Shown piece after piece: positions 53,268 through 64,000 of a stretch of DNA of 64,000 nucleotides (positions within the stretch are counted from its first letter, which is position 1; each line of letters begins with the position of its first letter). Position numbers and translations under genes: made by a program. Below the pieces are notes generated by a model. It searched no databases and had not been told where the DNA came from. It worked only from the letters and a program-made list of their open reading frames with translations. The stretch is from an uncultured Gemmatimonadaceae bacterium. Lineage in GTDB: Bacteria; Gemmatimonadota; Gemmatimonadetes; Gemmatimonadales; Gemmatimonadaceae. Where the stretch lies: NCBI GenBank assembly GCA_963781585.1, contig CAWAGQ010000004.1, positions 672,001-736,000 of the forward strand. Reading direction: 5' to 3'.

Positions 53268-55573
53268 GCGGAGCGGTCCCCCGCCCCGGTGACCCGGCCA
53301 TCACGCCCGCCCTGGTCAGCGAGCACGGGCTCACCGCGGACGAGTACCAGCGGCTGGTGGCGATGTTGGGCCGCACGCCGACGTTCACCGAGCTCGGGAT
53401 CGTCAGCGCATTGTGGAGTGAACATTGCTCGTACAAGCATTCGCGACCGGTGCTGCGCACGCTTCCCACCTCCGCACCGTACGTGTTGCAGGGGCCGGGC
53501 GAGAACGCCGGCGTGATCTCGGTGGGCGACGGACTCGCCGTGGCCTTCAAGATCGAGTCGCACAACCATCCGTCCGCGGTCGAACCGTATCAGGGCGCGG
53601 CCACCGGTGTTGGAGGCATCCTGCGCGACGTGTTCACCATGGGGGCGCGCCCGATCGCATTGCTCAATTCGCTGCGGTTCGGGAGCCTGGAGCATCCTCG
53701 CACGCGCTGGCTCTTTGCCGGCGTGGTGAAAGGCATCGGCGACTACGGCAACTGTGTGGGGGTGCCGACGGTGGCCGGCGAGGTGGTGTTCGACGATGCC
53801 TACGCGGCCAACCCCCTGGTGAACGCCATGTGCGTCGGCGTGTTGCGTGAGGAGGAGTTGATAACGGCGCGTGCCGAGGGTGTCGGGAACCCGATCATCG
53901 CGGTTGGCGCGCGCACCGGCCGCGACGGGATCCACGGAGCGTCGTTCGCATCGGAGGACCTGTCGCACGAGAGCGACGCGAAGCGCCCGCGGGTGCAGGT
54001 GGGCGATCCGTTCACCGAGAAGCTGCTTCTCGAGGCGTCGCTCGAACTGATCCGGTCGGGACATATCGTGGCCATCCAGGACATGGGCGCCGCCGGTCTC
54101 ACGAGTTCGTCGGCCGAGATGGCGGCGCGTGGCGACGTCGGCGTGACGATCGATGTGCGCCGCGTTCCGCTCCGCGAGGAGGGCATGACACCGTACGAAA
54201 TCCTGCTCAGCGAATCGCAGGAACGGATGCTCGTGGTGGCGCGCCGCGGACACGAGCGCGACGTAAAGGGCATTCTCGAGAAGTGGGACCTCAACGCGTC
54301 GGTGATCGGCGAGGTGATCGCCGAGCCGGTGTACCGGGTGACCGAGGGAGACCGCATCGTCGCGGAATTCCCGGGGTCGCGTCTGGTGACGGACTGTCCG
54401 GTCTACACACCTGAGGCCCGCGAAAGCGAGGAGGTGCGCCGCCTGCGCGAGCGCGAGGTGGATTCCATCGCCGAGCTGGCGGAGGAGAGCGATCCCTTCT
54501 GGACCCTCGAGCGGCTGCTCGGCTCGCCGACGATCGCCGACAAGACGTGGGTGGTGCGGCAATACGACAGCACGGTGCGGGCGAGCACGGTGGTGGGCCC
54601 GGGGTCGGCGGATGCCGCCGTGGTGCGGTTGCGTGGGACCGGCAAGGCGATCGCCATGAAGACGGACTGCAACGGTCGCTACGTCTATCTCGACCCGCGT
54701 GTGGGCGGGCGCATTGCCGTGGTGGAGGCGGCGCGCAACGTTGCGTGTACGGGGGCGCGCCCGATGGCGATCACCAACTGCCTGAATTTCGGCAATCCGC
54801 GGCGTCCCGAGGTCTTCTTCCAGTTCCGGGAGGCGGTGGCGGGCATGGCTGAAGCCTGTGAGGCGTTAGGCACCCCGGTCACGGGCGGCAACGTCTCGTT
54901 CTACAACGAGAGTCCCGGGCGCGCGGTGTACCCGACCCCCACGATCGGCATGGTGGGGCTGATCGACGATCTCGCTCACGTGACACGCGCGGGATTCTCG
55001 TCCCCGGGCGACGCGATCATCCTGCTCGGCGAGAACAGCGGCGAGATCGGTGGCAGTGAGTACCTGCGCTGGATCCACGACGTGGTGGGGGGGTATGCGC
55101 CGCGGTGCGATTTGCAGGGCGAGCGCAAGCTGATCGACGTTCTCCTTTCCGCGATCCGGGGCGGGCATGTGGCCTCGGCGCACGATTGCAGCGAGGGCGG
55201 CCTCGCGGTGGCACTTGCTGAGTGCTGCCTCCTGAGCTCCCCGGAACCCCTCGGGGCCTCGATCGACCTGAGCGCGTGGGAGGCCCTGCCGCGACGGGCG
55301 CTGTTGTTCGGGGAGGCGCAGGGGCGCGTCGTGGTCTCCACCGACGCGGCCGATGCGGTGGTCGAAGTCGCCCGGCTGGGTGGGGTGCCCGCGCGTGTTA
55401 TCGGCCGCGTGGGCGATGCCAACGGGTTATTCTCCGTAAGAACAGGTTCGAGAGAATGGCGGATGCCGGTCGCGAGGCTGGGCGATGCCTATTTCGATGC
55501 GATTCCCTCGATCATGACACGGATCGCCACGGCGAGTGACGAGACGGAGCGGACCTTGACGGCGGACGTTTGA
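53264..55573 (+). CDS. purL: FGAM synthase subunit PurL
   Basis: [35 protein letters not shown]. Confidence 0.98.
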   Translation: MSGAVPRPGDPAITPALVSEHGLTADEYQRLVAMLGRTPTFTELGIVSALWSEHCSYKHSRPVLRTLPTSAPYVLQGPGENAGVISVGDGLAVAFKIESHNHPSAVEPYQGAATGVGGILRDVFTMGARPIALLNSLRFGSLEHPRTRWLFAGVVKGIGDYGNCVGVPTVAGEVVFDDAYAANPLVNAMCVGVLREEELITARAEGVGNPIIAVGARTGRDGIHGASFASEDLSHESDAKRPRVQVGDPFTEKLLLEASLELIRSGHIVAIQDMGAAGLTSSSAEMAARGDVGVTIDVRRVPLREEGMTPYEILLSESQERMLVVARRGHERDVKGILEKWDLNASVIGEVIAEPVYRVTEGDRIVAEFPGSRLVTDCPVYTPEARESEEVRRLREREVDSIAELAEESDPFWTLERLLGSPTIADKTWVVRQYDSTVRASTVVGPGSADAAVVRLRGTGKAIAMKTDCNGRYVYLDPRVGGRIAVVEAARNVACTGARPMAITNCLNFGNPRRPEVFFQFREAVAGMAEACEALGTPVTGGNVSFYNESPGRAVYPTPTIGMVGLIDDLAHVTRAGFSSPGDAIILLGENSGEIGGSEYLRWIHDVVGGYAPRCDLQGERKLIDVLLSAIRGGHVASAHDCSEGGLAVALAECCLLSSPEPLGASIDLSAWEALPRRALLFGEAQGRVVVSTDAADAVVEVARLGGVPARVIGRVGDANGLFSVRTGSREWRMPVARLGDAYFDAIPSIMTRIATASDETERTLTADV

Positions 55574-55578
55574 TTCAA

Positions 55579-56961
55579 ATGTGCGGCATCTTTGGAGTCT
55601 GGGGTCACTCGGGCGCAGCGTCGCTGACGCGCCTGGGCTTGTATGCCCTGCAGCATCGCGGGCAGGAGTCGGCCGGCATCGTCGCCGTGGGCGAGGATGG
55701 GGTGGCCCATTCCCTCCGCAAGATGGGGCTGGTGTCCGAGGCCTTCACGACCGAGGAGCTCGAGCACCTGGACGGGCGCATCGCCATCGGGCACACCCGC
55801 TACAGCACCGCCGGGACGTCCGCCATCGAAAACGCGCAGCCGGTGCTGGCGCGGTTCCGCGAGGGCCACCTGGCGCTGGCTCACAACGGCAACCTGATCA
55901 ACGCGGTGGAGCTGCGCCGCCAGCTGGAAGATCGCGGTTCGATTTTCTCGTCGAGCATGGACTCGGAGGTGCTGGTCCACCGGCTTGCCAGGTCGTCGGC
56001 CGTGGCGCCCGAGCACCGTCTGGCTGACGCGCTGGCGCGCGTGGAGGGCGCGTACAGCCTGCTGGTCCTGATCGGGGAGACGCTGCTCGCGGCGCGCGAT
56101 CCGCGTGGCTGGCGCCCCCTGGTGATCGGACGGGCCGGAGAGGCCTGGGTCGCCGCCTCGGAAACGTGCGCCCTCGACATGGTGGGCGCGACCCTGATGC
56201 GCGAGGTCAGGCCGGGCGAGATCATCGCCATCGACCGGGACGGCATGCGGTGCTTCCAGGCGTTCGATGTGCAGCCCCTCAAGCGGTGCGTCTTCGAGTA
56301 CATCTACTTCGCGCGTCCTGACAGCTACGTGTTCGGTGGATCGGTCGATCGGGCGCGTCGCGCTCTCGGGAGGCAACTGGCGCTGGAGCGTCCGGCACCT
56401 GGAGCCGACCTGGTATTTGCGGTCCCCGACTCGTCGAACGCAGCCGCGCTTGGTTACGCCGAGGGCTCGGGGCTCCCGCTCGAACTGGCGCTGATCCGCA
56501 ACCACTATGTGGGTCGCACGTTCATCCAGCCTTCGCAGGGCGACCGCGACGCGAAGGTGAAAGTGAAATACAACGCGGTGCGCGAGGTGCTGGCCGGAAA
56601 GAGCGTTGTGATGGTGGACGATTCCATCGTGCGGGGCACGACGACCCGTGGGCTCGTGGCGATGGTGCGCGCGGCCGGCGCGCGACAGGTGCACATGCGC
56701 GTGTCGTCACCGCCCATCACCGGGCCGTGCTATTACGGCATCGACACGCCCCGTCGTGAGGAACTCATCGCCGCGAACTATCCGGTCCGGGAGATCGCCA
56801 GACGGATCGACGTGGACAGCCTGGGATACCTCTCGCTCGAGGGAATGCTGCAGGCCGTACCCGGCGGTCCGGACGGGTTCTGCCATGCCTGCTTTTCGGG
56901 AGATTACCCGACGCCTCCGCCGAGCAACCCTGACAAACTGCGATTTGGCCGCGTAGCATAG
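55579..56961 (+). CDS. purF: Amidophosphoribosyltransferase
   Basis: MCGIFG, QHRGQE, GHTRYST, VDDSIVRGTT, CYYGID. Confidence 0.98.
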   Translation: MCGIFGVWGHSGAASLTRLGLYALQHRGQESAGIVAVGEDGVAHSLRKMGLVSEAFTTEELEHLDGRIAIGHTRYSTAGTSAIENAQPVLARFREGHLALAHNGNLINAVELRRQLEDRGSIFSSSMDSEVLVHRLARSSAVAPEHRLADALARVEGAYSLLVLIGETLLAARDPRGWRPLVIGRAGEAWVAASETCALDMVGATLMREVRPGEIIAIDRDGMRCFQAFDVQPLKRCVFEYIYFARPDSYVFGGSVDRARRALGRQLALERPAPGADLVFAVPDSSNAAALGYAEGSGLPLELALIRNHYVGRTFIQPSQGDRDAKVKVKYNAVREVLAGKSVVMVDDSIVRGTTTRGLVAMVRAAGARQVHMRVSSPPITGPCYYGIDTPRREELIAANYPVREIARRIDVDSLGYLSLEGMLQAVPGGPDGFCHACFSGDYPTPPPSNPDKLRFGRVA

Positions 56962-57049
56962 AGGTTCGCCCGGATGTTCGCGGGCGCGCGGTCATCGGAC
57001 CGCGCAGCGTCCGATCGAACCCTTCCCCGCCCTCCTCCCCTGACGTCCC

Positions 57050-59710
<2,661 letters not shown>

Positions 59711-59790
59711 GGGGCGTGGTGCGTCGCCGGCCGGATGATATTTTTCCGGTGGCATGCAGCACCTCACCCGCCACGCAGGAGCCTACGTCC

Positions 59791-60579
59791 GTGAGTCGCA
59801 CTGCCACTGGATTGCCGGCCGCGCCGGCGCCGGTTTCACCCGGCTCGAGTGGGACCCAGGCTGATCGGTTGTTTGCCGCCACGGCGCAGGGACCGGACGA
59901 TTTCCGCTTCGATACGAACACGGCCGCGGTCTTCGACGACATGGTCAACCGGTCGGTGCCGTTCTACGGAGAGATTCAGCGGATGATCGCGGAACTGGCG
60001 GCGGATTTCGCGGTGCCCGGCACGAACCTCTACGATCTCGGCTGCGCCACGGCCACCACATTTGCCGCCCTGGAGGGCGTGGTGGATCCCGGGGTGCGGT
60101 TCATCGGGATGGATAGCTCGGACGAGATGCTCTCCCGGGCGCGGCAGAAGCTGGACCTGGTGCCGAGCGCGCGGGAGCGGCGGCTGGTGGTACAGGACCT
60201 GAACGACCGGTTCCGGATCGAGAATGCCTCGGTCGTGATCATGATGCTGACCCTGCAGTTCGTGCGGCCGCTGCAACGTGAGCGGGTGGTTGGCGAGATC
60301 GCGCGCGGGCTCCATCCCGGGGGGTGTCTGATCCTCGTGGAGAAACTCACCGAGAGCGATTCGCTCTTCAACCGGCTGTTCATCAAGTACTACTACGAGA
60401 TGAAGCGCCGGCACGGATACTCGGAGCTGGAGATCGCCAAGAAGCGCGAGGCGCTGGAGAACGTGCTCATTCCCTATCACTACGAGGAGAATTCCACGCT
60501 CCTGCTGTCGAACGGGTTCAGCACCCTTCAGACGTGGTTCCGCTGGTACAACTTCTGTGGCATGATCGCGGTCAAGTGA
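59791..60579 (+). CDS. cmoA: Carboxy-S-adenosyl-L-methionine synthase CmoA
   Basis: FRFD...[51 protein letters not shown] upstream of the GTG. Confidence 0.9.
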   Translation: MSRTATGLPAAPAPVSPGSSGTQADRLFAATAQGPDDFRFDTNTAAVFDDMVNRSVPFYGEIQRMIAELAADFAVPGTNLYDLGCATATTFAALEGVVDPGVRFIGMDSSDEMLSRARQKLDLVPSARERRLVVQDLNDRFRIENASVVIMMLTLQFVRPLQRERVVGEIARGLHPGGCLILVEKLTESDSLFNRLFIKYYYEMKRRHGYSELEIAKKREALENVLIPYHYEENSTLLLSNGFSTLQTWFRWYNFCGMIAVK

Positions 60580-61340
60580 CGGCGTCCGCCAGCGTCACCA
60601 CAAGCGCGGGCCCGACGCCACTGGCCCGGCTCGGTGCGTTCTTCTTCCGGTACCGCGACGCGGTGTTCCCGGGGGTGTTCGGCGTGATGGTGCTGGCCAC
60701 CGATCCGCAGCGCCTGCTGGGCAGTGACCGTCTGGACGCGCTCGCGGATGGCGTGGGGATTCTCCTGTCGGCTCTCGGCCAGGCGCTGCGGATCGCCGTT
60801 GTGGGCTACGCCTACATCATTCGCGGCGGGCGCAAGCGCACGGTATACGCGGAGGATCTCGTGACCGGCGGATTGTTCGGGGTCTGCCGCAATCCCCTCT
60901 ATCTCGGGAACCTGCTCGTCATTCTGGGGCTGTTGCTGATCTGGAACAGCCCGTGGGCGTACGCGGTCTGCGTTCCGTTCTTCCTGCTCGGCTATCGCGC
61001 GATCGTCGCCGCGGAGGAAGGCTACCTGCGCGCCCAGTTCGGACCGGCGTACGACCAGTACTGCCGGGAGGTTCGGCGCTGGCTGCCGGCGTGGGGGCGC
61101 CTAGCGAGCTCCGTGCAGGGAATTGGGTTCCACTGGCACCGGGTCGTGCTGAAGGAGTACGGCACCATCGCGGCCTGGCTGGGCACGACGCTCGCGCTGA
61201 TCGTGCTCGAGACCATCTCGTTCTCGACCGTTGCCGTGCACCCGGTGCGCCTCGCCGTGTGCGTCCTGCTGATCGCAATTGTCGTCGCGCTCTGGGCCAT
61301 CACGCGATGGCTGAAGATCACCCACCGCCTGCATCGATGA
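60576..61340 (+). CDS. ICMT/PEMT-family integral membrane methyltransferase
   Basis: [27 protein letters not shown] motifs, about 6 TM segments; GTGA overlap with cmoA. Confidence 0.85.
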   Translation: MTASASVTTSAGPTPLARLGAFFFRYRDAVFPGVFGVMVLATDPQRLLGSDRLDALADGVGILLSALGQALRIAVVGYAYIIRGGRKRTVYAEDLVTGGLFGVCRNPLYLGNLLVILGLLLIWNSPWAYAVCVPFFLLGYRAIVAAEEGYLRAQFGPAYDQYCREVRRWLPAWGRLASSVQGIGFHWHRVVLKEYGTIAAWLGTTLALIVLETISFSTVAVHPVRLAVCVLLIAIVVALWAITRWLKITHRLHR

Positions 61341-63170
61341 GGACGACCGGCGACTGCCGGCGGTCGCCGCCGGCAGCACAATCCGGAACGTAGCCCCCTC
61401 GCCAGGTCCACTCTCGGCCGTCAGTTCACCGTCGTTCGCCTGCACCAGGCTGCGCGAGACTGCGAGCCCGAGCCCGATGCCGTGCGATTTGGTCGTGAAC
61501 AGGGGTTCAAAGATCTTTTCGAGGTTCTCCTCTGCTATTCCCGGTCCGGTGTCGCGTACCTCGAGCCGCACCCGATCCGGCCCGGTCGCCCGTCCACGAA
61601 GCGTGAGGATCGCGCTGCCTCCGTCCACGGCCTGAAGGGCGTTGGTCAGGAGATTGAAGACCACCTGTCCCAGCTGAACAGGATCGGCCCACACCGCCGG
61701 CAGGTCATCCGGGAAGTCGCGCTCCAGGCGGACGCCATTCAGCGAACCGAGCCGCTCGAGTTGCGCATCCACCAGCTCGACCAGAGGGACAGCGACTCGA
61801 TCCGGCGTCCTGATGCGCGCTACATCCAGCAGATCTCCGATAATGCGCTCCGAGAGCGCGACCTGCCGGCGCATCACGCCCAGATATTCCCGCACGTCCT
61901 CCGACGGCTGCTCCAGCACCAGTCCGAGATACTCGATGGCGTTGCTCATCACGCCCAGGGGATTGCGGAGCTCGTGTCCGACCCCGCTGGCAAGTTGTCC
62001 CAGGAGGGTCAGCTTCTCCCTGCGCAGCAGCGCCTCCTGCGCATCCCGCAACTGGCGATTCGTCTGGTCGAGATCGCGCGTCCGTTCGGCAACTTTCTCC
62101 TCGAGCCGTTGCTGCGAATCGCGAATGCGGCCGGCCATGGCTTCGAAGGCCTTGGACAGCCGACCGATTTCATCGGCGCGATCGGTCGGTACCGCGCGCG
62201 AGTAGTCCCCTGCTGCCACCTGGTCGGCGGCGTCGGTGAGCACGCGCAGCGGATGCGTGATACGACGTCCCAGGAACCACTGGACGGCGAGACCGATCAC
62301 GACGAAGGCGACCGCGATCAGCAGGATCTGCCTCAGGAACTGGTCAGCCGGTTCGAGAATGTTGCTGAACGGGAATTCCAGCCGCATCAGCCACGGTCGG
62401 GACGGCATGGCGGTGGTAATCGCCATAGCTGGCTCGAGGGAATCCGTCGCGGCGTAGCGGACCACCGAGTCGAGGGACGGCTCCGGACGGTCGGGCGGAC
62501 CCGATCCAACCAGGACGGACCAGTTGGTCCCGTCGCGATTCCCGATCACAAGGCGGGCTTTTGATCCGATTAGTTGCTGGAACCGCTCGGCGCCGTTCCC
62601 GCCCGGCGACCTCGGCATACGACGCCACTGCACCACGGCTCCGCGCACCGGTTTCCGGAACGTCGCGCCGAAGGGAAAGACCACTGCTCCGTCGTACGAG
62701 CGGAATTCTCCAAAGACGATGGAATCCTCACCGGCACGCCGGAGCATCGACGCCACGCTGGAATCGGCCCAGCTGGGCATCGTGGCGTTCCCCGCCCCGA
62801 GGAGGAGAGTACCCCCCGAGCTGCGCAATTCCGTACGAATCGCGCTGGGCACCGCCTTGTGCGCGGCCTGCAAGGCGTCGAGCGCGCTCAATTCAGTGCG
62901 CGGATCAGGGGAGGCGAGAAAAGTGCGCACCTCCCCGCTGTCCACCAGGGCGCGCAGCTGCAACGCGTTCTGCCGTCCAAGGGCACTGGTCACGGCTGTC
63001 AGCTGCCCGGAAAGGACCTGGAGGCGGTCTGCGGCCGCGTCGATGGCGGTGCGCCGTACCTCGTAGTATGAGGCCAGGCTGAGCGCCGCGGCGAGCAGCA
63101 GGAGCAGCACCGCCGTGATCAGCGGGACCTTGTAGGCGATCGAGAGCCTGGCCAGGAACCCGCTCGGCAT
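61101..63170 (-). CDS. Membrane sensor histidine kinase (periplasmic domain, HAMP, HisKA, HATPase)
   Basis: HELRNPL, NLLTNALQA, DTGPGI, FEPLFTTK, GIGLGL; HAMP DEIGRL; start uncertain. Confidence 0.93.
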   Translation of the reverse strand: MPSGFLARLSIAYKVPLITAVLLLLLAAALSLASYYEVRRTAIDAAADRLQVLSGQLTAVTSALGRQNALQLRALVDSGEVRTFLASPDPRTELSALDALQAAHKAVPSAIRTELRSSGGTLLLGAGNATMPSWADSSVASMLRRAGEDSIVFGEFRSYDGAVVFPFGATFRKPVRGAVVQWRRMPRSPGGNGAERFQQLIGSKARLVIGNRDGTNWSVLVGSGPPDRPEPSLDSVVRYAATDSLEPAMAITTAMPSRPWLMRLEFPFSNILEPADQFLRQILLIAVAFVVIGLAVQWFLGRRITHPLRVLTDAADQVAAGDYSRAVPTDRADEIGRLSKAFEAMAGRIRDSQQRLEEKVAERTRDLDQTNRQLRDAQEALLRREKLTLLGQLASGVGHELRNPLGVMSNAIEYLGLVLEQPSEDVREYLGVMRRQVALSERIIGDLLDVARIRTPDRVAVPLVELVDAQLERLGSLNGVRLERDFPDDLPAVWADPVQLGQVVFNLLTNALQAVDGGSAILTLRGRATGPDRVRLEVRDTGPGIAEENLEKIFEPLFTTKSHGIGLGLAVSRSLVQANDGELTAESGPGEGATFRIVLPAATAGSRRSSSSMQAVGDLQPSRDGPERDDNCDQQDAHGEAHRVHGNGRERDGLEHDQRERRAQPGRDGAVLLQHDPVPVEPNSLHGAR

Positions 63171-63991
63171 GTGGCGAGGAGCACCCGGCAAGCCGGCGCC
63201 AGGACTAGCCGACATCAGTTCGGGGTTGATTGCTGCCAGAACGTATCGGGGGCGATTGCAGGGCGGATGTGACGCGTCGCACGTCTTCACTTCCGGTGCT
63301 CGGCTTGCCGAAGGTCGCCATTGCAGGACTCGTCGCCTGGCCCGTGCTCGTGCGCCTGGGGACCGTCCGTACCCCGGCTCGCCCACCGGGTGCCAGTGCT
63401 GCACTACGCCCAGTGCCCGCCCGACCCCAAGATCGCATCACTCGCTCCGACTCGAAGGAAGGCATGTTGCCATCCGACTTGCAGGGACAGCGCCACCTAA
63501 CGAACCGCCGGGACGCGACCCTTCTCCGCGTGCGCGGGAAGAGCATCGGGCGACACGGACCGCGTGTCCTCGAAGAGTGCGTTCTCCCTAAGGTAGACGC
63601 CGCCAGGCAATGTGCAACCCGCGCGGGCGGCCGTCGCAGCCGGTCCGGAGGTCCGCCCTTCGCGGAAGCGTCCGGGGACCACAAACCGGGCCCATCCAAC
63701 ATCCTGGGGGTGCCGCACGTTCACTGAGGGTGTTTCGTCACATCCCGTGGTATGGCGGGAATTGCACGTGTTGGGCGCGCGGACGCGGATCGCGCTGGCG
63801 CGCCCAGCCCAGCGTTCTGCTGTGTCCGTGCACGCGGGCGCGGAGCGGCTGGGTTCGGTAACATTTCGCCACCCAGGAGCACCACCTCACTTCAGACGTC
63901 CGCACGGCCACGAGCCGCGCCTTACCTCCCGCGAACGCTCAGGAGCGCCAAACGTACGTCGCAAGCCACACACTGTGTTCGGAGGCCCCTC

Positions 63992-64000
63992 ATGGCAGCG
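63992..64000 (+). CDS. Probable start of the next gene (truncated by window end)
   Basis: GGAGG at 63981-63985 followed by ATG GCA GCG. Confidence 0.4.

Noticed and set aside
63751..63766. Sigma54 promoter TGGCGGGAATTGC
   Set aside because: GG-to-GC spacing is 8 nt rather than the required 10.

Overview
High-GC (roughly 68-70% by eye) bacterial chromosomal segment. Gene content and order resemble Gemmatimonadota, which is an inference. The window opens with the C-terminal part of a tyrosine integrase facing the 3' end of tRNA-Leu(CAA), i.e. the edge of an integrated element. The rest is mostly core genome: an ECF sigma/anti-sigma cluster, rplU-rpmA, RNase E/G, recQ, a U32 hydroxylase, an AtuA/carboxyltransferase/B12 acyl-CoA mutase/MeaB cluster, CNNM-ybeY-phoH-aspS, rlmN, folBK, a trp cluster interrupted by lexA and a HEAT/HD-GYP pair, a truA-HtrA-pur/psd/pssA operon, ppdK, cmoA and a sensor kinase. 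The most notable observations are: (1) a compact 3+1 gene locus (10508-13956) that looks like a divergent, minimal chaperone-usher-type pilus system; (2) a dispersed non-palindromic motif CGTTAGG(C), found 19 times by manual scan, written into genes in several frames through rare codons and stop codons; (3) paired 11-bp-period direct repeats upstream of lexA (candidate SOS box); (4) cmoA coupled to a membrane methyltransferase instead of cmoB; (5) a transaldolase-fold protein that has lost its catalytic residues; (6) a 17-unit heptamer tandem repeat. All calls come from manual motif recognition with no database searches, and start codons are best guesses.
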